In this document: positions 8,662 through 15,815 of the stretch, piece by piece
Numbering within the stretch: the stretch's first letter is position 1
Layout of the letters: each line of letters opens with the position of its first letter
DNA from: Candidatus Nitrosotenuis sp.
GTDB lineage: Archaea > Thermoproteota > Nitrososphaeria > Nitrososphaerales > Nitrosopumilaceae
DNA: 26,806 bases
Direction: 5' to 3'
Assembly: GCA_035575435.1 (NCBI GenBank)
Contig: DATLXX010000001.1
Location: 30,001 to 56,806 of the forward strand
The notes under the pieces: model-generated
Database searches by the model: none
What the model was told of the DNA's origin: nothing
Seen by the model: the letters and a program-made list of their open reading frames with translations, nothing else
Position numbers and translations under genes: made by a program

Positions 8662-9135
8662 TTATTGCGCGTTTCGGTTTTTGGACAGTATTGCATCAAG
8701 TGCCTGAGACAACTGTTCAAAGCCGTATTTGTTTATTAGTGCCAAGAGATCGCCGTATACCGGCTGCGACTCGATGTTAGGACTTGCTTGGGCGGCTCTG
8801 CTTGGCTCTTGCGCCGTCGGGCTTGTTTGCAGCTCGGAGGGCTGATCCGCTTCTTGCACCACTGGATTGGTGAACATGTTCAATTCGTCGTCAAAACGCT
8901 TGGAGGCGGCCTTGATTTCGTTTAATCGTTTTACCTTCTCGCTGAGGTGCAGGTTCACCAGCTTTACTACTTGGTTCACACTCCTGGTCTCATGGCCAGC
9001 TTCGGCGACAGTCTCTTCAATGTCTTTTTGTTCCTCCTCCTGTTTACCAGCTCTGAGGATGATGCTTCGATACGCATCCATTGGATCATCGGAGGTAGGG
9101 CTACCGATCTTTTCCAGATGCCGCTTCTTCAACAC
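8662..9135 (-). CDS. Hypothetical acidic protein (~139-157 aa)
   Basis: ORF directly upstream of the kinase on the same strand. The track start is GTG at 9135. The first in-frame ATG is at 9081 (MDAYRS...), so the start is uncertain. No motif recognised. Confidence 0.5.
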   Translation of the reverse strand: MLKKRHLEKIGSPTSDDPMDAYRSIILRAGKQEEEQKDIEETVAEAGHETRSVNQVVKLVNLHLSEKVKRLNEIKAASKRFDDELNMFTNPVVQEADQPSELQTSPTAQEPSRAAQASPNIESQPVYGDLLALINKYGFEQLSQALDAILSKNRNAQ

Positions 9136-9166
9136 TCACGATGGCCTAGTATGGTAGATATTACCT

Positions 9167-9189
9167 AGTTTGTTGGAATCGAACAAACT
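9167..9189. other. 8-bp perfect hairpin/dyad in a divergent promoter spacer
   Basis: AGTTTGTT (9167-9174), loop GGAATCG, AACAAACT (9182-9189). It sits between the 8662-9135 (-) gene and the 9292 (+) gene. Confidence 0.4.
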
Positions 9190-9291
9190 TTGCCAGACAT
9201 TTCATGTTGCGAGTTTGGAGCAGATTACGTCGATTCTTGAGAAACGCGGCGAGATAACGATTTAATTCCAGATATTTTGTGCTAATATAAA

Positions 9292-10095
9292 ATGGACGGT
9301 CGTGATGGCAGGACTCTGATTGCGCTCGGCTTTGTAAGCATCGCAATTTTGTTTCTCATATATGCAAGAATTGGCAATGCTGAAATAACACCGGCCGCGC
9401 TGCCTTCAATTGAGAGACTCGGAGTCGCATTTTACGTCATGCTGATTTTGGCCCTCGGCGCTGTATCATATGGTTTTTACCTGTACCACAGACACAAAGT
9501 CCAAGCTTCAAAAGACGACAGCTGGTCCATCATAGCACAGATCACCTGGAGCAGGAAGTCAAGGAGGATCTTTGCCGCAACTGCAATAGGCTACGGGATA
9601 TTTTTTTCCCTCACTTCAGGCATACTTGTGTATCAGCCAGATGTGACATTTTCCTATCATTATAACGTCAAAGTTCCCTCTGCGCAGATTGCACCGTGTT
9701 GCGGCGAAGTCGGGTATGTACCAAAGTTCATCTTTTACATGACTGAGCATTTGGGCATGCAGGTGATTCCAATAAACTTGGTGTTGCAGATTGCCGTATC
9801 TTATCTGGTTGGCCTCAACGCCGCAATTGCGGCAAACGCGTTCACCATCCTAAAAAAGGGCGCCGGCATGGGTAGCGTTGCTGCTGCAACAGGGCTGTTT
9901 ATTGCGTGCCCCACATGTGCTGGAACGTTTGTCTCAACGTTTGTTTCTGCTTCTGGTGCAGTGGCATTCACTTTGGCTGTGACTCAGCTTCAAACTTTGT
10001 TTATTGCCATCTCCATACCCCTGCTCATCTTCACCCCAATCATCATGGTAAAAAAGATCAAAAGCAGCGGGTGGAGCTGCAAGGTAGAATCTTAG
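9292..10095 (+). CDS. Polytopic membrane protein (6-7 TM) with APCC and ACPTCAG cysteine motifs
   Basis: 267 aa with six or seven long hydrophobic stretches. A Cys-Cys pair lies in a loop (IAPCCGEVGY) and a CxxC inside a predicted helix (LFIACPTCAGTF). Confidence 0.75.
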   Translation: MDGRDGRTLIALGFVSIAILFLIYARIGNAEITPAALPSIERLGVAFYVMLILALGAVSYGFYLYHRHKVQASKDDSWSIIAQITWSRKSRRIFAATAIGYGIFFSLTSGILVYQPDVTFSYHYNVKVPSAQIAPCCGEVGYVPKFIFYMTEHLGMQVIPINLVLQIAVSYLVGLNAAIAANAFTILKKGAGMGSVAAATGLFIACPTCAGTFVSTFVSASGAVAFTLAVTQLQTLFIAISIPLLIFTPIIMVKKIKSSGWSCKVES

Positions 10096-10340
10096 AGTTT
10101 TTTGACTTCGGGCCTCTGCCAGTTTCCTATGTCATAGCCGTCGCGTCTTAGATACTTGAGTGTGAGTTTGTACACAAGCTCGTCGTGGTCCACCTTGGCC
10201 AAGATTTCAGACCACTGTACCTTTCCCTGTTTTTCTATTATTCCTTTGAGCTCAGAGTTCATCGTTTCTGCCATCTGCTTGCACTGCTCAAAGGTCTTGC
10301 CGTTTTTATACGCCCGAGTGCGTACGTCGCAGCTTTCCAT
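10092..10340 (-). CDS. Small hypothetical protein, 82 aa, possibly winged-helix-like
   Basis: ATG ORF 34 nt downstream of the PIN-like gene. The C-terminal half (SEILAKVDHDELVYKLTLKYLRRDGYD) looks helix-turn-helix/wing-like by eye only. Confidence 0.5.
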   Translation of the reverse strand: MESCDVRTRAYKNGKTFEQCKQMAETMNSELKGIIEKQGKVQWSEILAKVDHDELVYKLTLKYLRRDGYDIGNWQRPEVKKL

Positions 10341-10374
10341 AGGATTCTACGGACGACGTTGCATAAAAATTAGC

Positions 10375-10647
10375 CTAAAACGACTTTAGCTTCTCGACTA
10401 CTATCTTGAATATCTCGTCGTTATCCAAAAGAATGCACGGCAGTCCGTTTTCTTGGCATGCCTTGCCCGATTCTGTGTCACGGGTGATCAGAATCATTCC
10501 GTTTTCCTTTGCATAGTTGATTACAGAGTAGTCGGTGCGCAGTTTCTTGCCCTCGTTGAGCAGTTTTTTGACAGAATATGCCTCGTAGCCAAGACTTCTG
10601 AGTCTTTCGTCCCACCCGTCATCCATTTCATCAACTAGCACCTTCAT
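10375..10647 (-). CDS. Small PIN-like (Mut7-C / DUF5615-type) domain protein
   Basis: 90 aa. MKVLVDEMDD...L..LGYEA......L........DYSVINYAKENGMILITRDTE follows my remembered consensus for this family (MK.L.DE...L...G.......G..D..I...A......L.T.D.DF). Confidence 0.55.
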   Translation of the reverse strand: MKVLVDEMDDGWDERLRSLGYEAYSVKKLLNEGKKLRTDYSVINYAKENGMILITRDTESGKACQENGLPCILLDNDEIFKIVVEKLKSF

Positions 10648-10829
10648 CGTACAGCCTGTGACGTGTTATCTATTTTAGAGTATGCCAAGATACCCGATAA
10701 TAAGAGGTATAAACACAGAAAGCGCCACGATTGTTCCAAGTATGTATACGATATGGTGCGTCTCCACGTTGTCGTTTATGGTTTTTGCCCTCTAATGCTT
10801 TAGCATGTTTAGTTCAAACAAATCAATCA

Positions 10830-11210
10830 TCACAGATGCATCGTGATTCTTTTGACTTTGTTTATTATTGCCAGCTTTTTTGGTACGCTCATCTCAGGCT
10901 CCATCGTAAAGTAAATGGTCTTTCTTCTTGGATACAGCACTATTTGAGTTACCTTTTCGCGCTCCACGTGTACATATCTTACTTTGCCGAGGCTCTTGTT
11001 GAACTCTTGCCTCATTTTTCGCCGCTGCGCCACCTGCTTGCAAAAATGCTCTTCTTCTTTTTGGGATTTGAGAGATGTCTTGCCTTTCTTCATGATTGAT
11101 TCTAGGATGTTCCCTTTTAGATCGATTATGGCGGCAAATCGCATTCCTGGGTCCAGGTTGACTATATCCTCCACAATCTCAAGATGCGACGCGTGTTTGT
11201 AGGCGTTCAA
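10830..11210 (-). CDS. Hypothetical protein, 126 aa, possibly roadblock/LC7-like fold
   Basis: ORF with a TTG start at 11210 (stop at 11247-11249 upstream; next ATG is M23). The segment MRFAAIIDLKGNILES resembles the roadblock strand-turn-strand, but the assignment is weak. Confidence 0.45.
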   Translation of the reverse strand: MNAYKHASHLEIVEDIVNLDPGMRFAAIIDLKGNILESIMKKGKTSLKSQKEEEHFCKQVAQRRKMRQEFNKSLGKVRYVHVEREKVTQIVLYPRRKTIYFTMEPEMSVPKKLAIINKVKRITMHL

Positions 11211-11271
11211 CTTTGTGTGAGTTTTACAAAACCAAATATAATTTGTTTAGCTGATTCAAAGATCGGCTTTT

Positions 11272-11937
11272 TTGTTGTGCCAAAATGAGATACAGAATTA
11301 TAATTGTGGTGCAAATCGGTATCGGTTGCACAATAAGATCAGCGCCGTCTTAAAAGCTCTCGAGAGGCGCTCCCAGCTTGAAAAATCAAGAAAAATTGAT
11401 GTGAGTAAAGACCAGAGAATGCTTGCAATCACAAAGGAGACTGGCGTGTTTTTCCGCGATTTGCTTGTCAGCATTAAAGCAACACAAGTCTTGGAGCTTG
11501 GGACATCGGTCGGATACTCCACGTTGTGGTTTGCACAGGCACTGTCCCAAGACCGCAAAAGATCGAGGATTGTCACAATAGAGCAAAATCCGCAAAAGAT
11601 CAAAAGAGCTGTGAGGAATTTTGAGCGTGCCGGTGTTCTCAAAATGATTTGCATAAAGCAGGGAAAGATACTTGATGTGCTAAGAGGCATGCAAAAAAGG
11701 CCGCGGTTTGATTTCGTGCTGATTGATGCAGACAAGGAAAACGCCAAGAAATATTTCGATCTTGTGCTTCCCATGACAAAGATAGGCGGAATCATCGCAA
11801 CAGACAACATGCTGTACCCTGAAAAATACCGCCGGCTCATGCGCAACTACGCAAGACATATTGCAAAAAAACCAAATGTGCGCACTGCCACCTTTCCGTT
11901 TGGCAACGGTGAAGAAATCACAGTCAGAATTTGGTAG
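11272..11937 (+). CDS. Class I SAM-dependent O-methyltransferase (family 3, CCoAOMT-like)
   Basis: 221 aa. VLELGTSVGYSTLWFA (motif I), IVTIEQNP, FDFVLIDADKENAKKYF and GGIIATDN are typical. The start is TTG at 11272, with no in-frame ATG until residue 50. Confidence 0.85.
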   Translation: MLCQNEIQNYNCGANRYRLHNKISAVLKALERRSQLEKSRKIDVSKDQRMLAITKETGVFFRDLLVSIKATQVLELGTSVGYSTLWFAQALSQDRKRSRIVTIEQNPQKIKRAVRNFERAGVLKMICIKQGKILDVLRGMQKRPRFDFVLIDADKENAKKYFDLVLPMTKIGGIIATDNMLYPEKYRRLMRNYARHIAKKPNVRTATFPFGNGEEITVRIW

Positions 11938-13494
11938 TCATTCCAGCTCTTTTGTCATATTTTTTATTTTGGTGGCTTCGGCTTTTACTTCTTTTTCCAA
12001 AGTTTTCTTTTTTTGTTTGAGCTGTTTTAATTTTGCCGCTTCTTTTTTCTTTGTCGCAACGACTACTTTCTTTTTTGCTCTGATCTGCCTTTCCAGTTCT
12101 GTTTTTTCTTTCTTTATTGACTTGAGCTCCGATTCCGCCAGCTTAATTTGTTGTTCTAGCTGAGCGCGCTCTTGGATTATTTTTTCGAGTAGTTCCTGTT
12201 CTCTCTCTACCTGGGAGATGGACGGAGCCGCCTTTTGCAGTAACGCCTTTTGCTCCTGTATTTTTGCAGTAAGCAAGGACTGTTTTTGCCTTGAGGTGGC
12301 AAGATATTTTTCATAATTTGAGATCGTTCTTAGCAGTTTTTCTTGTTGCTCAAGCCTCGCTTTTTCTTTTTTCACTTCTTCTTCGAGCTGTTGCTCCTGT
12401 GACTTGGCAGACTGTACGAGTCTTTCGTGTTCTGCACGAATTGACTCTAGCTGTTCTTTTTCTTGCTTTATTTTTTGTGCCAACATTGCCTGCTCTGCAA
12501 GCTTTGCGCGTTGTTGTTCGACCTGTTTTGCTATCTCTTCTTCTTCGCGCTTTATTTCATAATTTATTTTCTCAAACTGGCTTTTTGCCTCAAGAAGTGC
12601 AGAGCGCTCTGCCGAGATGTGGTTTGTTAGACGCGATTGCTCTTCTTGGAGTTGTGCAATTATTGCGTCACGCTCTTTTTTTGCTTGCTCTAGCTCTGCT
12701 TCTTTTGACTTTATCTGCTCTATAAGCTTTGATTGCTCCAAGACGGTCTGTCTTTCTCTCTCAATTTGGTGTTGTAGTCGTTCTTGCTCTATTTTGACTT
12801 GCTTTTCAAATTCCTGCCTGTCCAGAATTATTTGCATCAATTTTGATTGTTCGATTTTGAGTCTTTCCGCTTCCGTTTTTTCTTTATCCAACTTTGTCTG
12901 TTCTACCTTGATTTGTTGTTGGATTTCCGCAATGTTTTCTGTTGCGTCTTGCTTCCACCCTTTTGGCATCGCTCCTCTTCGGATCACAGCTTTTGGTGGC
13001 TCCAAGGCCTGTAGAGTGTCTAGCTGCCGTACCTTATGATGGAGGACCGATTCGAGATGCATGATTTTTTCATTTGCCGACTGGATCTGCGACTTGAGCG
13101 ACTCGATCGTCTTTGTTGGATCTGGTTTTTTAACCAAACTTTGATAATCTACTTTGCGCCCAAGCTTTGAGTCAAGATAATGTTGATCAGATTTGTACAG
13201 CTGCTTTCCCTGCTTTAGCGACTCCAAGATGAACTGCAGTCGGCCGACATCTCCGCTGCCGGCATCAATTAGCTTTTGGATTTGTGTCGCGATGTCTTCG
13301 CTCACTTGGACTTTGTATCCAAGGCCGATTTCTTGGGCAAGTTTGGAGTCAAGGTATTTCTTGTCTGATTCGTACAGTGGTCGCCCTTGTTGTAGCATAG
13401 AATAGATATGGTTTAGCCGCCCCAAGTCGCCGTTTCCTGTGGCGATTAATTTTTCTACAAAAGCCTTGGTTTCTTCAATAGTAAGAGTCGCCAT
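11938..13494 (-). CDS. 518-aa coiled-coil protein with a duplicated N-terminal module
   Basis: About 380 aa of E/Q/K/L-rich heptad-like sequence with a basic tail. The N-terminus carries two copies of a ~55-aa module. The stop abuts the methyltransferase stop. Confidence 0.85.
   Translation of the reverse strand: MATLTIEETKAFVEKLIATGNGDLGRLNHIYSMLQQGRPLYESDKKYLDSKLAQEIGLGYKVQVSEDIATQIQKLIDAGSGDVGRLQFILESLKQGKQLYKSDQHYLDSKLGRKVDYQSLVKKPDPTKTIESLKSQIQSANEKIMHLESVLHHKVRQLDTLQALEPPKAVIRRGAMPKGWKQDATENIAEIQQQIKVEQTKLDKEKTEAERLKIEQSKLMQIILDRQEFEKQVKIEQERLQHQIERERQTVLEQSKLIEQIKSKEAELEQAKKERDAIIAQLQEEQSRLTNHISAERSALLEAKSQFEKINYEIKREEEEIAKQVEQQRAKLAEQAMLAQKIKQEKEQLESIRAEHERLVQSAKSQEQQLEEEVKKEKARLEQQEKLLRTISNYEKYLATSRQKQSLLTAKIQEQKALLQKAAPSISQVEREQELLEKIIQERAQLEQQIKLAESELKSIKKEKTELERQIRAKKKVVVATKKKEAAKLKQLKQKKKTLEKEVKAEATKIKNMTKELE
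13141..13476 (-). repeat. Tandem duplication of a ~55-aa protein module (offset 59 aa) at the N-terminus of the coiled-coil protein
   Basis: EKLIATGNGDLGRLNHIYSMLQQGRPLYESDKKYLDSKL (aa 14-52) aligns with QKLIDAGSGDVGRLQFILESLKQGKQLYKSDQHYLDSKL (aa 73-111). Shared: KLI, G.GD.GRL, QG, LY.SD, YLDSKL. Confidence 0.85.
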
Positions 13495-13546
13495 GTTCTG
13501 TCATTTCTGTAAAAGAACTAATATTTTAACAAGTCATGGATTTTCA

Positions 13547-14035
13547 CTAATTTTTTAGCCGTATCGTTTTCATTTTTTTCCACTTTGAGACATTTTTTGA
13601 GGATCTGACTATAGTTATTCTATCAAACAAAAAAGTACGCTTTATTTTTAGGTCTTCGATGATCTGCTTTTTTGTCTTGGTGTCAAGCTTCTTGTAGATG
13701 AGGCTGATGTGGGGGGCAAATTTGTATCTGTTTGCAAGAGTTGATCCAAGTGTACGGTTGATCAGTTGCAATCTTTTGTTGTTTTTTATTTCAACATAAA
13801 GCGTCTTCCACAAGTATGTGGTGTGTCTTATTTTGACGCAACTGACTCGAATTTTTGAGAGATCTGCACATGCATTTGCCGCTTTGAGTGCAAGTGAGTA
13901 TTTTCTAATATTCCCATGCACTGTGATGTGCGGCGCAAAGAGCGGCGCATCGTATTTTTTGCCGAGTCGTTTGATTATCTTTGAGATGTATTCTGCATCC
14001 TTTGTGGCAGGCTCAAGCCACACAGAATATGTCAT
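13547..14035 (-). CDS. 2H phosphoesterase superfamily protein (cyclic phosphodiesterase / LigT-like)
   Basis: 162 aa with two H-x-T/S-x motifs at the expected spacing (APHITVHG and APHISLIY). The N-terminal YSVWLEP resembles the CPDase branch. ATGA overlap with the upstream cupin gene (14032-14035). Confidence 0.75.
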   Translation of the reverse strand: MTYSVWLEPATKDAEYISKIIKRLGKKYDAPLFAPHITVHGNIRKYSLALKAANACADLSKIRVSCVKIRHTTYLWKTLYVEIKNNKRLQLINRTLGSTLANRYKFAPHISLIYKKLDTKTKKQIIEDLKIKRTFLFDRITIVRSSKNVSKWKKMKTIRLKN

Positions 14036-14394
14036 AGCTTTTGAGTCACTATATTTCGGTATTTTGGGTATTCGGTTGCAGAATAGTCCTGTGCGAACTC
14101 TTCAGCAAATATGGTGTCTTCTTGTGCAGTCAAAAGATGTGCCACCATTGGAGGCACAGTGATTATCTGTGGTGAGGAGATGATCTCTGTTTTTTCCTCA
14201 CCTGTCCTCAGGTCGGTTTGGCGATACTCGATTGTACCTGCAAGAAGAAAATGCCTAGTCTGAAATGTGTGATAGTGTCCTCCTCTTGAGAATCCTTTTT
14301 TGATTTCGACGACGTTGATCTTTTTGTCACCATAGCTCAAAAATACAATTGTTCCCCTTGCGTCGGTTGCTTGCTTTTCAAATTTTAGAACCAT
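14032..14394 (-). CDS. RmlC/WxcM-like cupin (sugar epimerase/ketoisomerase-like)
   Basis: 120 aa. DARGTIVFL plus SRGGHYHTFQTRHFLLAGTIEY follows the D.RG...RG.H.H...Q pattern of small sugar-nucleotide cupins. Confidence 0.65.
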   Translation of the reverse strand: MVLKFEKQATDARGTIVFLSYGDKKINVVEIKKGFSRGGHYHTFQTRHFLLAGTIEYRQTDLRTGEEKTEIISSPQIITVPPMVAHLLTAQEDTIFAEEFAQDYSATEYPKYRNIVTQKL

Positions 14395-14410
14395 TTTTTG
14401 TCACCAAAAA

Positions 14411-14794
14411 TCACACCGAGTGGCCTACGTTGATTTTAAGCGACAATGTAGGGGACAAAGCAGACGGATTGTCAATGCCCTCCCACACAAAAATCGTAGC
14501 CTCAAATGTGCCTGTCTGCTGCGGCGTCCACGATATGGCAGGTGAAAGCGACTGCACAGGATTCAGCCTTCCTGTGAGCCATGCCAAAGACACGGTCACA
14601 CCTTCCTCATTTTGGATCTGTACTATGTACGCAAAATCCTGTTCAATGTCCTGGTTATTTGTGAGGTCGGCCGCTATCTGAATTTGTTTGCCTACCTCAA
14701 CGTCCTTGATAGGTGTGTTGCCTATTTGGAGAGGTGATTCTGCAAAAGCCGCACCTGCTGCAAGCAGGACCGCAAGACAAACGAGTGCAAGCAT
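14411..14794 (-). CDS. Small secreted beta-rich protein
   Basis: 127 aa. Signal peptide MLALVCLAVLLAAGAAFA|ESP, then alternating-pattern beta-sandwich-like sequence. Confidence 0.7.
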   Translation of the reverse strand: MLALVCLAVLLAAGAAFAESPLQIGNTPIKDVEVGKQIQIAADLTNNQDIEQDFAYIVQIQNEEGVTVSLAWLTGRLNPVQSLSPAISWTPQQTGTFEATIFVWEGIDNPSALSPTLSLKINVGHSV

Positions 14795-14824
14795 GACTTG
14801 ATTTTTGTGGTGAGACCAATAAAT

Positions 14825-14935
14825 TTAGCTTTCTAGCGTGTGGTGGCCTTCCATGTATTTTAGGGCACATTCTGTCGAGCAGTAGTTAGAGGCCCTGTTC
14901 TTGAACTCCTTGCCGCAATTTTTGCACTTCAACAA
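14825..14935 (-). CDS. Candidate 36-aa FCS/TRASH-like zinc-finger micro-protein (TTG start)
   Basis: My translation is (M)LKCKNCGKEFKNRASNYCSTECALKYMEGHHTLES, with a C-x2-C...YCS-x2-C arrangement like FCS-type fingers. There is no ATG; the ORF opens after a TAA and the first start-like codon is TTG at 14935. Confidence 0.3.
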   Translation of the reverse strand: MLKCKNCGKEFKNRASNYCSTECALKYMEGHHTLES

Positions 14936-14999
14936 GGCGCCTGCCTGTTTTTTTGAATAATAAATTTACGACAAAATACCAAAAATGGAAACTGTTTTT

Positions 15000-15062
15000 G
15001 TAGATGGGCTGGCAAATGGCTTTGCCAGATTCCGGCATCAATCCCATCTACTGGAATTCCAG
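15000..15062. other. Nested perfect inverted repeats plus a 12-nt palindrome; function unknown
   Basis: GTAGATGGG (15000-15008) pairs with CCCATCTAC (15043-15051). Inside, CTGGCAAA (15009-15016) pairs with TTTGCCAG (15021-15028) around a TGGC loop. This is followed by the palindrome CTGGAATTCCAG (15051-15062). Confidence 0.5.
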
Positions 15063-15099
15063 AGCTGGATTTTGTATAAAAGTTGGACGTAGAAATTGT

Positions 15100-15558
15100 C
15101 TACCCAGAGATGCCGCATTTTGCATAATACTGCTGGTGGTATTCCTCTGCCTTGAAGAACTCTGTTGCCTCTTGGATTTGTGTTACGATTGGTTTTTTGA
15201 ATCTGCCTGATCTTTCTAGTCTTTCCTTTGACTCTTTGGCGATTTTTTCTTGTTGCTCATCATGATAAAATATCATAGAGCGGTACTGCATTCCAACGTC
15301 AGGGCCCTGCCTGTTCAGCTGGGTCGGGTCGTGTGAGTTCCAGAACACATCAAGCAACTCCTCATATGAGATCAGCGCCGGATCATACTCGACCTGGACG
15401 ACCTCTGCGTGTCCTGTCGTGTCTGTGCAGACGTCTTCATATGTCGGGTCCTTCATCCAGCCTCCGCTGTATCCAACTACGGTATTGATTACGCCTTTTG
15501 TCTTGCGGAATACGTCCTCTACGCACCAAAAGCAGCCTGCGCCGAACGTGGCTTTCAT
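15100..15558 (-). CDS. msrA: Peptide-methionine (S)-S-oxide reductase MsrA
   Basis: [17 protein letters not shown]..., [12 protein letters not shown] and YHQQY are MsrA signatures. I start at the internal ATG (15558), since the 31 extra codons of the track ORF look non-native. Confidence 0.92.
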   Translation of the reverse strand: MKATFGAGCFWCVEDVFRKTKGVINTVVGYSGGWMKDPTYEDVCTDTTGHAEVVQVEYDPALISYEELLDVFWNSHDPTQLNRQGPDVGMQYRSMIFYHDEQQEKIAKESKERLERSGRFKKPIVTQIQEATEFFKAEEYHQQYYAKCGISG

Positions 15559-15635
15559 GATTTGTTTTGGAAGAACAGGAATTAAAACGATTGTCCATTT
15601 TATCAAATAAATACGAGGGCGACTTGGTATGGTCA

Positions 15636-15815
15636 ATGAAAAAATCCGCATACATCGTAATAGGCATCTTGGTTCTTGGCGGATTTGGCATGCTAGGGTA
15701 TTTTGTAGGCCAAGGAATCAAGTCGGAAATTGAGCTGGTCGCAGAAATGCCGCTTGTGAAAAAGCCTGCGCTCGAGGAAATAACTGGAAGCAAAGGCATC
15801 AAAATTAACGAATGA
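15636..15815 (+). CDS. Candidate 59-aa single-pass membrane protein
   Basis: [27 protein letters not shown]... starts at the internal ATG of the 15567 ORF. Divergent from msrA. Confidence 0.4.
   Translation: MKKSAYIVIGILVLGGFGMLGYFVGQGIKSEIELVAEMPLVKKPALEEITGSKGIKINE

Noticed and set aside
9161-9346. 61-aa minus-strand ORF in the divergent spacer, overlapping the 9292 gene start
   Set aside because: It has an Arg/Leu/Gln-rich sequence of poor quality. It overlaps the well-supported membrane-protein gene and the promoter region.
10675-10767. 30-aa GTG-initiated hydrophobic peptide (VETHHIVYILGTIVALSVFIPLIIGYLGIL) on the minus strand
   Set aside because: It is a clean TM-like helix, but very short, has no ATG and has no other supporting signal. 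Chance occurrence in an AT-rich spacer is plausible.
12291-13039. Plus-strand ORFs of 144 and 140 aa antisense to the coiled-coil gene
   Set aside because: This is the typical antisense artefact of an E/K/Q/L-rich repetitive gene: Leu/Phe/Ser/Cys-rich products with no start context.
15559-15651. 31-codon N-terminal extension of msrA in the ORF track
   Set aside because: The extension ([19 protein letters not shown]...) is unlike MsrA. The canonical [12 protein letters not shown] start is at 15558, and the extension would overlap the divergent small gene.
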